NCBI RefSeq assembly: GCF_000181795.1
Contig: NW_003526943.1
Location: 5,282,588 to 5,343,426 of the forward strand
Direction: 5' to 3'
Origin: Trichinella spiralis
Taxonomy: Eukaryota
Length of the DNA: 60,839 nucleotides
Under the pieces are notes generated by a model. It was not told the origin of the DNA. It did not search any database and was given only the letters and a program-made list of their open reading frames with translations. The number at the start of each line of letters is the position of its first letter. Position 1 is the stretch's first letter. Below, in pieces: positions 49,286 to 60,839 of this stretch. The translations under genes and the position numbers were made by a program.

Positions 49286-51096
49286 CATCCCCGTAAGGTC
49301 AGGAGGAAGAGAATTTGGGGGCATTGCTCCCCTAGTAAAATCTTATGCCCCCTTCCCCAGAGAAGCGCAACTCGCCTGCTTGCGTTTGGAAGATAATATT
49401 GCAGCTTGGCTCCATCAGGTGTTACATGAAAAATTGATGGAACCTTCTTACAGGTGAAATATTTAAATAATCTAGCCCTCAATACGATGTGCGCGAGGAA
49501 TAGCTATTTAAGTGGACTTAGTGCAAAAATGTATGACGAAATATATTTTATTGTTTGCCCGCAGATTCAACCTGAGTTAGTAGAATTCTACTGTGTTGCT
49601 TGTCACCATAATTATTGTGGAAATGGAAACAAATTGTAATGGTATGAAATCTGTCATGAACCTTTTTCTAAAAAGTGAATTGAATGTGGAGACGGGGGAG
49701 AATGCCATTTTTGACTTGGGTAATGAGTCACCTCAGCAGCTGGTGCGCCAGAAATTTACAATTACAAAATTTGCTAGTTCTGACAGGTCATTTTGCGCAT
49801 ACTAAAAATATTATAACAATTCTGGTGCAAAAAAATTTAATGGTTTGAATATTCTCTTCGAAAGGGATGCAGCGTTTCCTTCCCCTTTCTAAACGTTGTA
49901 GACTGTGTTGGGGAAAAAGCTGAATTGTCATCTTGTATAAATGATTACCGCAATTGGAAATGCGCGCTTAATAAATCAAAAGGTTTTTCAAGGCATGAAG
50001 TGTGAACACCTCACGTGAAGACAATGTCTAACTGGGAAGGAAAGAGCTGCTTTCAAGATTTTGCAGTTTCAAAATTTTCAAATTGGGAATTTCACGTTTG
50101 GTCAATGATAATCAACTGTTGAAAAACCGTTACTACGTTACGGGGATGTCTGCTTGGGATGTAATAAAAGCAGTTCAAAAAATGATTACAAACTTGCGCA
50201 GTGATAAGGGATTTTGAAAACTGATCAGTAAAGTAAACACTAGTGATAAATTTCTCTGCAGTAAACGGTATCAAAAGTTGACTAGAAAATTAAATGAATT
50301 TTTACTCTATTATTCCGAAACCGTTGGACATGTCAAGAACAGAGAATTGAAAACAAGCTTAAAGCAACTGTATTATGAAGTACTAGATACATTTATTTCA
50401 GAGATAAATCGACCTTTTGTGAATCAAACAAAGATCTGAATTAAGTTAATCAAATGATTTGATGACTTCTTCTCCGTCAAGTGTGCCAATTTTTTTGATC
50501 TGGAACCCCTGAATACTTGGGGGATCCATCAGACGTGAATGTCATAGCTGCAGAAGCGGAAATTACAACCGCAAAGACTTTTCTTCAATATAAATTTGGT
50601 TCAGAAAAACGTACCTGCATGAAATCATTGCTATCCTTCACGAATATGAGGAGGCACTCCCAAATTCATATCAATCAGCTGCTACTGCTTTGAATACACT
50701 TGTAAAACAAGTTGCAGAACTTGCTGAAGGTCGCTATCTCCATTTTGACGGCCAGTGACACATGCACGCTTGAGATATCTTGTGATAATCTTTTTTGAGC
50801 GCAATATTCTTGAAACCATTTCAAATGAGGAGCTATTGAGATGGTTTCACAAAGCTGGAAATTATAGACTGCAATTTCATTAAATTCGCATATCAATTAC
50901 TCACAGTCGTATAATAGAATACTGAATGATCAACCATGATGATAACTGAATTAAGCACTTTTAAGTGAAAACTGCAGCTCACATACTGATGTATATCAAG
51001 TGGACTTATGAAGTACTTAAAATAATGTTACAAGGCCACACGCCCCTCTCAAAATCTGATCTGCCCCTTCTAAGAAACTGACCACGCTAAGGGCTG
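49286..51096 (-). mobile_element. Decayed hAT-superfamily DNA transposon
   Basis: 8-bp flanks CTTTGGGT (49278-49285) and CCTCGGGT (51097-51104) differ by two transitions. Imperfect TIRs CATCCCCGTAAGGTCAG / CAGCCCTTAGCGTGGTCAG, with GGGGC/GCCCC subterminal motifs. - strand remnants MTFTSDGSPSIQG (~50510-50545) and NFW...ILPVST (~49685-49757, dimerisation-domain-like). Confidence 0.62.
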
Positions 51097-51623
51097 CCTC
51101 GGGTGTTCATCAGGTAGTGAATGATCTAAACTAATAGCAAGTTTGTGTCATTTTACATTAAATTGCGTCTGGGCAGTCAAAAATAATAAAATCATTCATT
51201 GAAAATTATATTCATTTATATCATGAACAATTCTCACCGCTGGTTTTTCAATATTAATTTCTGACATTAAAGTTTACACACTTTTAAAGTAAATTATTAA
51301 AAAGAAGTATAAATCATAATTTTATTTTTTATTTTATTGAAATTTATTTCATTAAACTGTTTTTTAAAACATAATAATATTTCACTAATAATGATAATTT
51401 ATTAAAATGAATGATGAAACTTTTTTACAATTGGAAAAGCTTTTGAGTATCAAAGTTTTCCATAATTGTATGTGTATGATATTACTTGAATCACTTCGCA
51501 CCTGCAAACAGTGAGAAATAAAATTTAAATATTTATTGGAGTAAACTGTTTAATTTCAAAACAAATGACAGTTATCAAAATGGCATAGAAACTTCGCTAA
51601 AAGTTATGACAATTACACTACTT

Positions 51624-54600
51624 TTATTTCATTTCTTTCGATTCACAATTGCTTTCTGAATGCTCTTCATCTGCTGGTGATCTGTATACTTTCCATGCGA
51701 GTGCTAACAGGATGGTTGAAGAAAGTTTCAGCAGAAAGCCTAAAACATGATAATATTATTGTGTTGATTTTTCTAAGAATATCAAATATGTAAAATTTCA
51801 GAAATATCTGAAATTTTCTCTACTGCGCCTTTAAACAAAAATTTACGCTTGCAAGAAATTTTAAATCATCACAGAAAAAGAATTAATAAAGAAATAATTA
51901 TCATTGCATTCTTTTGATTGTAAAACTGAATTAAGTCCAGAAAGTATTGATGAATTATTATTATCTATGCTAATGTCTGAAAATAAAAAGTTTGTGATCC
52001 TGAAATAAAAAGAAAACAAATGCGCATGTAAATTTCCATTTTAATCTTTAGTCTAAAGCACAACAATAAAATACTGAAATGAAATGTTGAGACTGCAAAA
52101 TATGCATATACGTTAAATAACAAAAATTGCATACAATTGCAATTATTCATACCAAATATAAATGTAGAGGTGGACAGTTTAAAGCTGTTGTACCAGATGC
52201 ATGATTCGTCGTTTTTCTTTCCTTGCCAAATTTCACACGCCGCGTCCAATATGTAACCAAATAATATTGGACCAGGTACACTTCCTAAATTACGTTTCAG
52301 GTAATGACAGCATTTTATCGTTGATTTCGTAAACCTAATGCTCGAACAAATATATAATCCAAGCCCAATGCCAGAGTTCGCTGTTCAAATGTCACGCAGC
52401 TGAAAGTAAAAGAAAAAAATTTTTTTGACTAAAGCGAAATTCAGGAGCAATGTTCTTACCGTAGCATGCTTTGCTGTGAAGGCATAGCGGATAAAAAAAT
52501 GACAAATATTTGGAATGCAAAACAGACAAAAAATAAGTACATCACTGTACAAGACTGTAAACAGGCTCCTTGTACAACAGAAGATGCAACAGTATTATTT
52601 TTATAGTCAACAGTGCAAGAACATGATTGCCATATCTGAAAATTAATGTTAAAATTCTATCAATTTTATTGAAACGATCATCTCTGATGGAATAATGAAA
52701 TATACCAAATAAATCATTAATGGAAATTTGATTGAAAATTAAATGCTCGTATATGTTATGCAAAAATGCAAAAAAAATTAAAAAACTGCTTTAAATTATT
52801 ATAAAAGTTATTACATATTTTTGAAATTATGCCCTGAAAAAAATTTTTTTGCAAACATGTACTTTTTTCTCTGCAGATGATGCATTTTCCGTTTTTCCCT
52901 CGTCTTGACAGCCGGCGTAACAAGCGGAAAAATATGTTACCCCAAGAGCTTCATCACATACAGGATTGTATATATTGCTGCATCCACATTCTTCATTGCA
53001 CATTTGTAAAATTCCATCTGAACTTGACTGACTATGTAAGCAATTATTCATATTATTTTATTCGTTTTTCGTTTTGATGAATGTAATTGAAGCTAATGTT
53101 AAAAGTACTCACTCGTACGCAGAGTCAATTCCAGCTAACTTGATCCTGTAGCATTTGATTAGAAAAGAAAATGTCAACACGGTGCCAATTGCTTCAAGTA
53201 TGGTGCACAGTAGGATGGTTTGTCTGCATCTAAGTTTGCGCCATTTGATTACGTAACCGCCCAAAATGTTTCCAAATACTCCAACAGGCACAACGATAGA
53301 ACCTGGAGTGAAAAAAATTGTTGTTTACAAAATTATGCAATTTAAATTGAATGAAATTGCCTGTAATGATGGATGACAAACCAGCCGTAATTGAAAACGC
53401 ATTTTGGAAAATTTTCGGCATAAAAGTGATGAATGCGTTCATCAAGAAACTGTTTATCACATCTCTGAGTACTAGAAGCAAGTATGTAAAATTTTTGAGC
53501 AAAACCTTGAACAAATTTATAATTAAATAATAAAAAGAAATGATATGAAATGAAATGATTCTACCAAGCACAATTTTGGTAGATCTTTGATTTGGCCTGT
53601 GAAATGCAAAGTAGCCGCAGCGCTGCCAATACTGTGCTGATTTGCCTCGTTAACCCGCGTATTTTTATACTTTTGAGCATCTGAAATTTTGGACATTAAA
53701 AATTGTTAAAATTTAAATTTAAAAAATAAAAAATGTTTTGTTCTCAGAAAATTCACCATTGAATTCTTTGTCAAATAAACTTAATGGAAAACTGACGAGA
53801 AAGCTAAGCATGCCGGTAATTAAAAATCCAATCCACCAAGCCCCGTACCACGAAGGGTGATCCGGATTGATGGATATTCTGAAAATTTGAAAATACACTT
53901 AATTCAAATTTTAAAAAGAAAACAAAAGTGAAAAATATGGTGGAAAAAAGTTTAACAATTGACTACTCACTGATCTTGGGTAATTTTGTCAATGTCACCG
54001 TTGATGTTCAGCAACATCCCGCCAATGATGAAGCCCAACGCTGGTCCAAGAGTGGCGAATGCGAAATAAATGCCCAAATAAACGGGCGACATCTTCTGCG
54101 AGACATTCTCATCCAAATAAGCAACACCAAGAGTATACAGCGGTGCGGCTCCTATGCCGTGCAGGACTTGTCCAAGAAGTAAGATGTAAAAAAAATATGG
54201 TTGGGCATTTTTATTGAAAATTTCGTCACTTTTCACATTGAACAAAGAAGCTGTGCTGTGATTTTTGCGACAAATTTCAAATTGTTCACCTTCTGAATAT
54301 TCATACGGTTCGCTGATGAAATGTGGAAGTGTGCAAATTAAGGAACCAAAAGCCATGACGAGCATTCCCAAGCTCAGCCATTTGCCTTTGTGACCTGAAA
54401 CGAGCAAACTTTTCAAAACAACATTTAAATTAAAATATTATTCATGACTAATAGCAGTTTTTGGACTTTGTTTTTACTTTTCATGAAAATAAAAGAAAAA
54501 TGGGAATACAATCTAGGCAACTGCTTCAACTTTGCACTATTATTTCTGATTCATCTGCGCTGTAATAAATAATGTATGCCAGGCAATTTATTCCAAGTTT

Positions 54601-55541
54601 ATATTCAATATAGGACTTATATTAACCTGACATTAATTTCTATATATTATTAATTGCAATTTATTTATGAAACAAAGATGAAATGAAAGTTCAAAATTTT
54701 TTAGATGTAATTTCCCACAAATTTGCATTGATATTCATACATTGATTTGTTGAATAAGGTGAAGAGAATTTTTTCATACATGCACTATTTCTTTCGTACA
54801 ATGCAATTGATGTTGAAAGTTCAAAATTTTGATAATAATAAGTTCGCATTTCAAATATTTTCAAACTGAAGCTATAAATAATGTTTACCTTTGTCTCCGA
54901 AGTGACAAACTGGAAGCAAAACAACAAGAACAGCAATGTCGTAAGCACTGGAGAACAAGCCGCTCTGGGAACTGCTCAACTGAAATCTGCTTTCTAAAGT
55001 TGTGATGCTATTTGGCACGAATCCATTTATGGCCATGCTTTGAGAAGTTGCACTGATGCATAATATGATCAATAAAAATTTTGCCTTTTGAAAGTTTCTC
55101 AACAGTTTATAGATGCATCTGAAAATGATAGATATTATTAATTGATGATCAACAAATTCTCGTTGAGAAAAATTGCATCAAGTTATACAACTAATATTTA
55201 AAAAATGTGAGAAAATTTACTCTTCATTCCATTTAATAAAGGTTGAATTAATTGAAGCGACAAGAAGAAAACCAGTGTAGCAGCAAAAAATAAAAATGAG
55301 AACAGTCAAAATGGTAATATTTGAACACATACAGAAAGAAAATGGCAATAGCACATTTAATAATGTTAATTAAATTAAAATTCCTAAATTGGAAATATTG
55401 AATTAATTACCTTTTGAAATTTTCAAAACTTTTCGATCTGGCTGCAGGTTGATTGGTGCTGTTGTTGCCCGGATGATGATGATGATGATATTTTGGGGAA
55501 GTGAAATTAAAATTGTTCACAGCAGAGCTTTTCTCTTCCAT
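51624..55541 (-). CDS. Organic anion transporting polypeptide (OATP/SLCO family), multi-exon
   Basis: SITTLESRFQLSSSQSG, LPHFISEPY, GQVLHGIGAAPLYTLGVAYLDENV, GPALGFIIGG, HPSWYGAWWIGF (family signature), Kazal-like CNEECGC..YNPVC..YFSACYAGC, and PGPILFGYILDAAC..W. ATG at 55541, TAA at 51626-51624. Confidence 0.95.
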
Positions 55542-58500
55542 AACAAAATGAAAATCCAAAGCAAACAAATATGCTTTATTAGTTGAATATTATTCAAATT
55601 TTCAGCGAGAAAAAAGTTTCAATCAGCAGTAAAAATGTTTGTGCATGCGGATCGATGGCATTATTATATATATAAAACTTGGCTGAATGAACGAATAAAC
55701 GACACGCAGCCGTTTGTCACCTAGCCTTATTTTGGATACTGTCGAACATGTTGAAACCGGTTTTCTTAAGGCGGTAAATTTTATTCACCATCATTAAATC
55801 AGGCGAAGATTTTTTTGACAAATAAATCATAAAATTAATATTACAACAATTATGTAAATTTTAAGAATTGTGGACAGCAAAAAAAATTATTTCAAAATGA
55901 TAAATTTGAGCAAATTTTATTTATTATTAATTAAATATTAATAAAATTCATTTTCAACATTGTTCAATTTGTCATTTTCAGTATTAATATATTATTTTCA
56001 TAAAAATCAAAAAATATGAAAATCGATGAATTATTAATTGAAATCAATGAACGCCATTCATATATATATGCATGCATTTTTGTCTATTGTATAAGTAAAA
56101 TAACAAAATACGGCAAGTTATTCGTTTACAGTATGACTTTTACTTATTATTCAAAAATAATGTTCAATTTTGTATTATTATTTCATAGAAATTAATCACA
56201 CAAAGATATTTTCCAACAGTAATTTAAATAATTTTATTCACTTAGTTTAATTTTAATTTTAAATTTAAAAATAATCAACCATGTTAATTGCAGGTACAAA
56301 TCGCATGAACATTCTGTTGAAATTGCTAACTGGTTAAAAGATAGAGTAAAAGAGACAAAAAATACATCACCACCAATACAAAATAAAAACCTGAAATTTC
56401 TTGTTGCGCAAATTTCTATAGTCTAATAAATTTCTATAATCGACATGTTTTATAAATACAAACTAAAACGCGGAAGGTGATGTGAATAACATTTTTTATT
56501 TTTTTTGAAATAAATTTCATGCATTCTCTGAAATAATAAATTAAAATGAATGAAATGTAAATTTATTTCAAATAATAACACAAGATAATTGTTTAAACAT
56601 TCAATTCTGGGATGATGTACTGTAATTACAATTTACTCAGCATAATTTTCATAAAAACATTTTAAGATTTTTTGCCATCAAATTGATTCTTAAAAATTAT
56701 TTTAATAATAAATTTTTAAAATATAATGAATGTTACGTTTGAAACGGTAAACATTTAGGCAATTTAATTTTTCAAAATTTCAATTTTATTCTCAAGTTTG
56801 CAATACTTCAACAATTTCATTTAAAATTTTTTATGGCTGAAATTCCCAAGATAATTCTGATTATTTAGATTTTCAAATTCTATAAAATAGAGCAGCGCTG
56901 AATTATAAAAAAGCAAGACTTTTAATGCTCTGACATTAGATTAAATTCATTAAATCTGACAAAGAAATTCAAATTCTTTGTTACAATAGATGCAAAATTT
57001 TTGGAAAATTTTTTCAATAATAATAATTTTTTGAATGCTCCAGACTTATGCAATTTCTTTTTAAAATAAAGTTTTCAATATTGATAATAAGTTTAAGTTT
57101 GTTGTAAAATAATGAATTTTATGATACGTTCAAGAAATTTTAAAATTATCACAAAGAGAATAGAAATAAAAATAAAACCAATCCAAAAAAATGATTAATT
57201 TGCTTTGAAAAGTTTGCACGAATGACTCATATTTCACCGTTATCAAATAAAAAAATCAAAACACTACATCGAAACAAATCTTAATTTTTGAATAGCACTG
57301 CATTTCAGAAAATGGCCATTACTTTTATATTTCTGATAAAGAATAATTCTTCTTCTAATCAGAAGAATATTCAAAGCTGCAGAAAAATCGAACACATTAT
57401 TCTCAGCGGAATTTACATATTTATATAATAAAATCGAAGCTGTGATAAATTATCAAAGCAAAATTCAAAAATATTCAAAAGCAAAACTGGATTTTTATTC
57501 CAAAAAATTAATGCATGCACGTGTTATTTTTTCAAATTACAGTGCAAACGGTGAAAAATGAAATTTATAATTATTGACAATAAAAATGATAATAATTTGA
57601 TAGATAAAAGAAATTACAGTTTTTCTTCATTTTTATTGAAATCTTTTAAATATAGACAAACATAATTCATTACTCTTTGAAATGGAATCTTTCTTCATTC
57701 TTATCAATAATACCACTATTTGAACTCTTCATGACCATTATGCATTTGACTCGACTGATTTTTTTTCTTCAGTTTAAACCAGTTTACCATTATATTAATA
57801 TTAATTTAAAATTTATTGCATATTAAATGAATATCAAATGTAAAAATTTTCGACATGCACATAACTTATTTATCATATTTATTTACATTTATATATAAAA
57901 GAATAACACTTGCAATAAATGTTAAAAGTTGAACTGAAGCAATTACTGCCATTTAGAAGCTATTTAACAATGCTATAGATGGTGATTGCTTTACTTTATG
58001 TGAACCAGTTGATAACACTTTGACAAAGCAAAATGCATCAAAAGCTTAATTTGCATCATTTATTAGATTACTTTTTCTAATATGTGATAATTACTTTCTA
58101 AATATTTGACATTACAGTTAAGTGGCAAGGTTTATTACAATAAGAAATTTCAGCTGTAACAAATGTAGAAATTTGCAGCATAGAATATGCTAAATTTGCT
58201 TATTGCAAGCTTCAACAATTGGAAATTTATTTTGAAATTATTTTTAAAAGTGAAACAATTTTTGTTCAAAATTTGCTTATATTCTACAATTTATTTTTGA
58301 ACAACTTTCACTCGCTTCAAACATGAAGAATACATGTGCATATTAAAAATTACACAGCATTCTTTTCAATAATTGCACCATCATGACAAAAATAATAATA
58401 ATAAAATGAAAATTTCGGGCAGCATATATTTCATATATAAATATTAAAATTTAAAATCAAATAATAAAATTGTTTTTAATTTTAAATTGACTGGGTCAAT

Positions 58501-58770
58501 TGTGCTGATTATAATTTTAAAGTTAAACGTTTAAATTGTTGTGAAAAGGTGAAATTTATTCATACTGGAAAATTGTCTGACGCATGCGCATTGTTGTTCA
58601 ACGCCAAGAAATTAGTCCAACCGAATAAAATCAAAAGAAAACGCTATTTTCAGATATTTCATTATCATATGATCGATTTTTTGGAACGATAATTTTCTGC
58701 CCTGACGATCATGCATCGTTGCTTTTTTAAAATGATCTCGCACAATGTAAACAGCCGCGAAAATATTACG

Positions 58771-58780
58771 NNNNNNNNNN
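58771..58780. other. Scaffold gap (10 N)
   Basis: Run of n. Confidence 1.
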
Positions 58781-59905
58781 AATAAAAATATGCAAAGCAT
58801 CTACTTGACTTGTCATTTTAGTTTGTGGCTCGTCAATACAATGTATCACCAGTTGAATTTCGCAGAACGCACTTTCGCGAATAGCCATCTCATAACTCGT
58901 AACGCACACATCCCATTCGCCAGGCATGAGTTTTTCATTAATAATAGCATCCTAAATTTTCATTCGGTGATTCAATGAGCACAAAAAACTTATAAAAACG
59001 CATTTAACTTACTCGAGTTTCCTGATCACCAATCAACTGAACGACAACAATAGACGGGCACCAACGATTGAATTCATTCACCCAGTTGGGCAATGTTGAC
59101 TTTGGACAAATTACCAAATGCGGACTCGGCATGTTTTTATAATGCTTCAAATAACCAATAAAGGAAATAGTTTGAAGAGTTTTGCCCAAGCCCTGAATTA
59201 AATAATAAATAAGTGAATGAACTATGGATTTCATTATGCCCTCACCATTTCATCGGCTAAAATACCATTGATCCCATTCTCTAATAAAGCAATCATCCAG
59301 TTTAAACCGCGAATTTGATAATCTCGCATTTCACCTCCTTTGATATCTAAAACGAATACTTTTATTACGATGGAAAAATTTAAGCAAATTTCAATTTCTT
59401 ACACCAAGGAGATTGTGCAAAGCAAAAAATGTTTGCATTATGACGTTCCTCTTCTAACAATTCCTCATCCTCTTCTTTTTCAGTTTTGCGATGTCGGTGA
59501 TCGCCAACAGCCGAAACCTTCGGAATCACTTTACCGTCTTTCTTTTCTTTAATTTTCAAAGGAGAACCAAGTTTCTTCCCTTCTAATAATTTATAACAAA
59601 GATGTTGAAACAAACAAGTAAAAATAATTAAACTCACCAGTCAACGCGCCGCTAGACACAAAATGTGAATACACTTCTGTCTGTTTCAACAGATATTCAA
59701 AACGCTTTGCCTGATCATTCAATACTTGATCGTAATGATCTCCAGTATCCGGTCTAGCAACTTTTGCGATCTTAGAGCTCTTAACATCCAAATAATCTTC
59801 TTCCTCGCTTTCACTTTGACGGCGAGATGAAGACGGCTCTGAATAATCTTCTCTATCAAGCATAGGAGGACCATCATCGACTTCCATATCATCCTCGCTA
59901 ACCAT
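58781..59905 (-). CDS. isw-1: ISWI/SNF2H chromatin-remodelling ATPase, 5' part only (truncated at the gap)
   Basis: [62 protein letters not shown] (Walker A), [24 protein letters not shown] and YIVIDE (Walker B start). Confidence 0.95.
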
Positions 59906-60020
59906 TTTCTCTAGCTTATTAATGCAGTTTACTAAAAATGAGCAAAAATATAAATATACACTAATAAAATCGGTAAAAAACAAACAAACAAAATTAAAAC
60001 CATATATAAATAAAATAAAA

Positions 60021-60068
60021 TATACTATACTATACTATACTATAATATAATATAATATAATATAATAT
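60021..60068. repeat. Compound pentanucleotide repeat (TATAC)n(TATAA)n upstream of ISWI
   Basis: Direct reading. Confidence 0.85.
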
Positions 60069-60839
60069 TAAAAACAAACATTAAATAAAAACATACACGT
60101 CAGTTACTACCAGAAGCGAATGTAAAATATTTTGAAAAAAATCTAACCAAGAAGGAAGTAAGAAACTTTTCAATAAAAATCAAAAACTTATCATAATGCA
60201 GGACCAGAAAATTAATCAGCAAAAAAACGTAAAAAATAAAACTGTTAACGTAATTACGTTAAAATTTTCCATTTTATTGCTTATAGGCATCTATTAATAA
60301 ATTTCTAAAATAATTCTAATAGACATATATGCCGAAAAACAAACAAGCTCGAATAAAGATGTTATTAAAATTTTGAATAATAAAAAATACACTTACACGA
60401 GTAATTCTAGAAAAACAAATCAAAGTAAATCAAATTTCAAATTGACAATTAGATCAAAATACAGTATTAACCTAAATCATTTAATAAAAGTAAGTACATA
60501 TTTGAAATTAATATATTATTATAAACCTAATTCAATAAAGAAGTATTATAATGTTAAAATTATAAATTTACCTTTAATTTAAACATAAAAATAAATTTAT
60601 CTGCTTAAAAATAAATAAAATATTCTTACAAAAATGTCTAGCATACTGTATCATAAATCATAAAGCATACTGAAATCAGCAAAATTAATTATCAGCATAG
60701 AACAGTAAATTTTTGAAAAAAGGTTCAGTTCATCTGTGGTACACATGTGGAAAATAAAAAAATAAAATTCACAAGTCATATGACCCTAAATAAATTTATT
60801 AATATATAAATTTAACCCTGATGCCTGAGCCTAATTTTT

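Noticed and set aside
1..60839. CRISPR arrays, tRNA/rRNA genes, prokaryotic operons or horizontally transferred bacterial genes
   Set aside because: None seen. All genes are eukaryotic families, and the EndoIV gene is intron-rich and expected in nematodes.

Overview
Eukaryotic genomic DNA: AT-rich, with many short GT-AG introns. Gene style and repeat content suggest a nematode, plausibly Trichinella-like (inference only). Two 10-N scaffold gaps (42393-42402, 58771-58780) each cut off a gene. Bases ~1-15 kb are essentially non-coding. Genes in order: a tandem pair of claudin-like tetraspan genes (-); an endonuclease IV/APN-1 with a long basic N-terminal extension (-); a small spliced single-EGF type I membrane protein missed by the ORF track and needing a GC-AG intron (+); a nearly intronless GC-rich KCNQ/Kv7-type K+ channel (+) convergent with GRWD1/Rrb1 (-); a gap-truncated secreted precursor (+); a divergent ING-family PHD protein (-); an OATP/SLCO transporter (-); and the 5' part of ISWI (-). 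Mobile DNA: a decayed BEL/Pao LTR element with a nested piggyBac 3' end, a Ty3/Gypsy pol remnant, a TA-flanked pogo/Tigger-like MITE and a decayed hAT element with an 8-bp TSD. Most notable: (1) the KCNQ channel has lost its outer S4 gating arginines and the S6 PAG hinge but keeps the K+ filter; (2) an intact Gag::piggyBac zinc-finger chimeric ORF; (3) an ING PHD finger with an altered H3K4me3 cage. All family calls come from motif recognition by eye; no searches were run.
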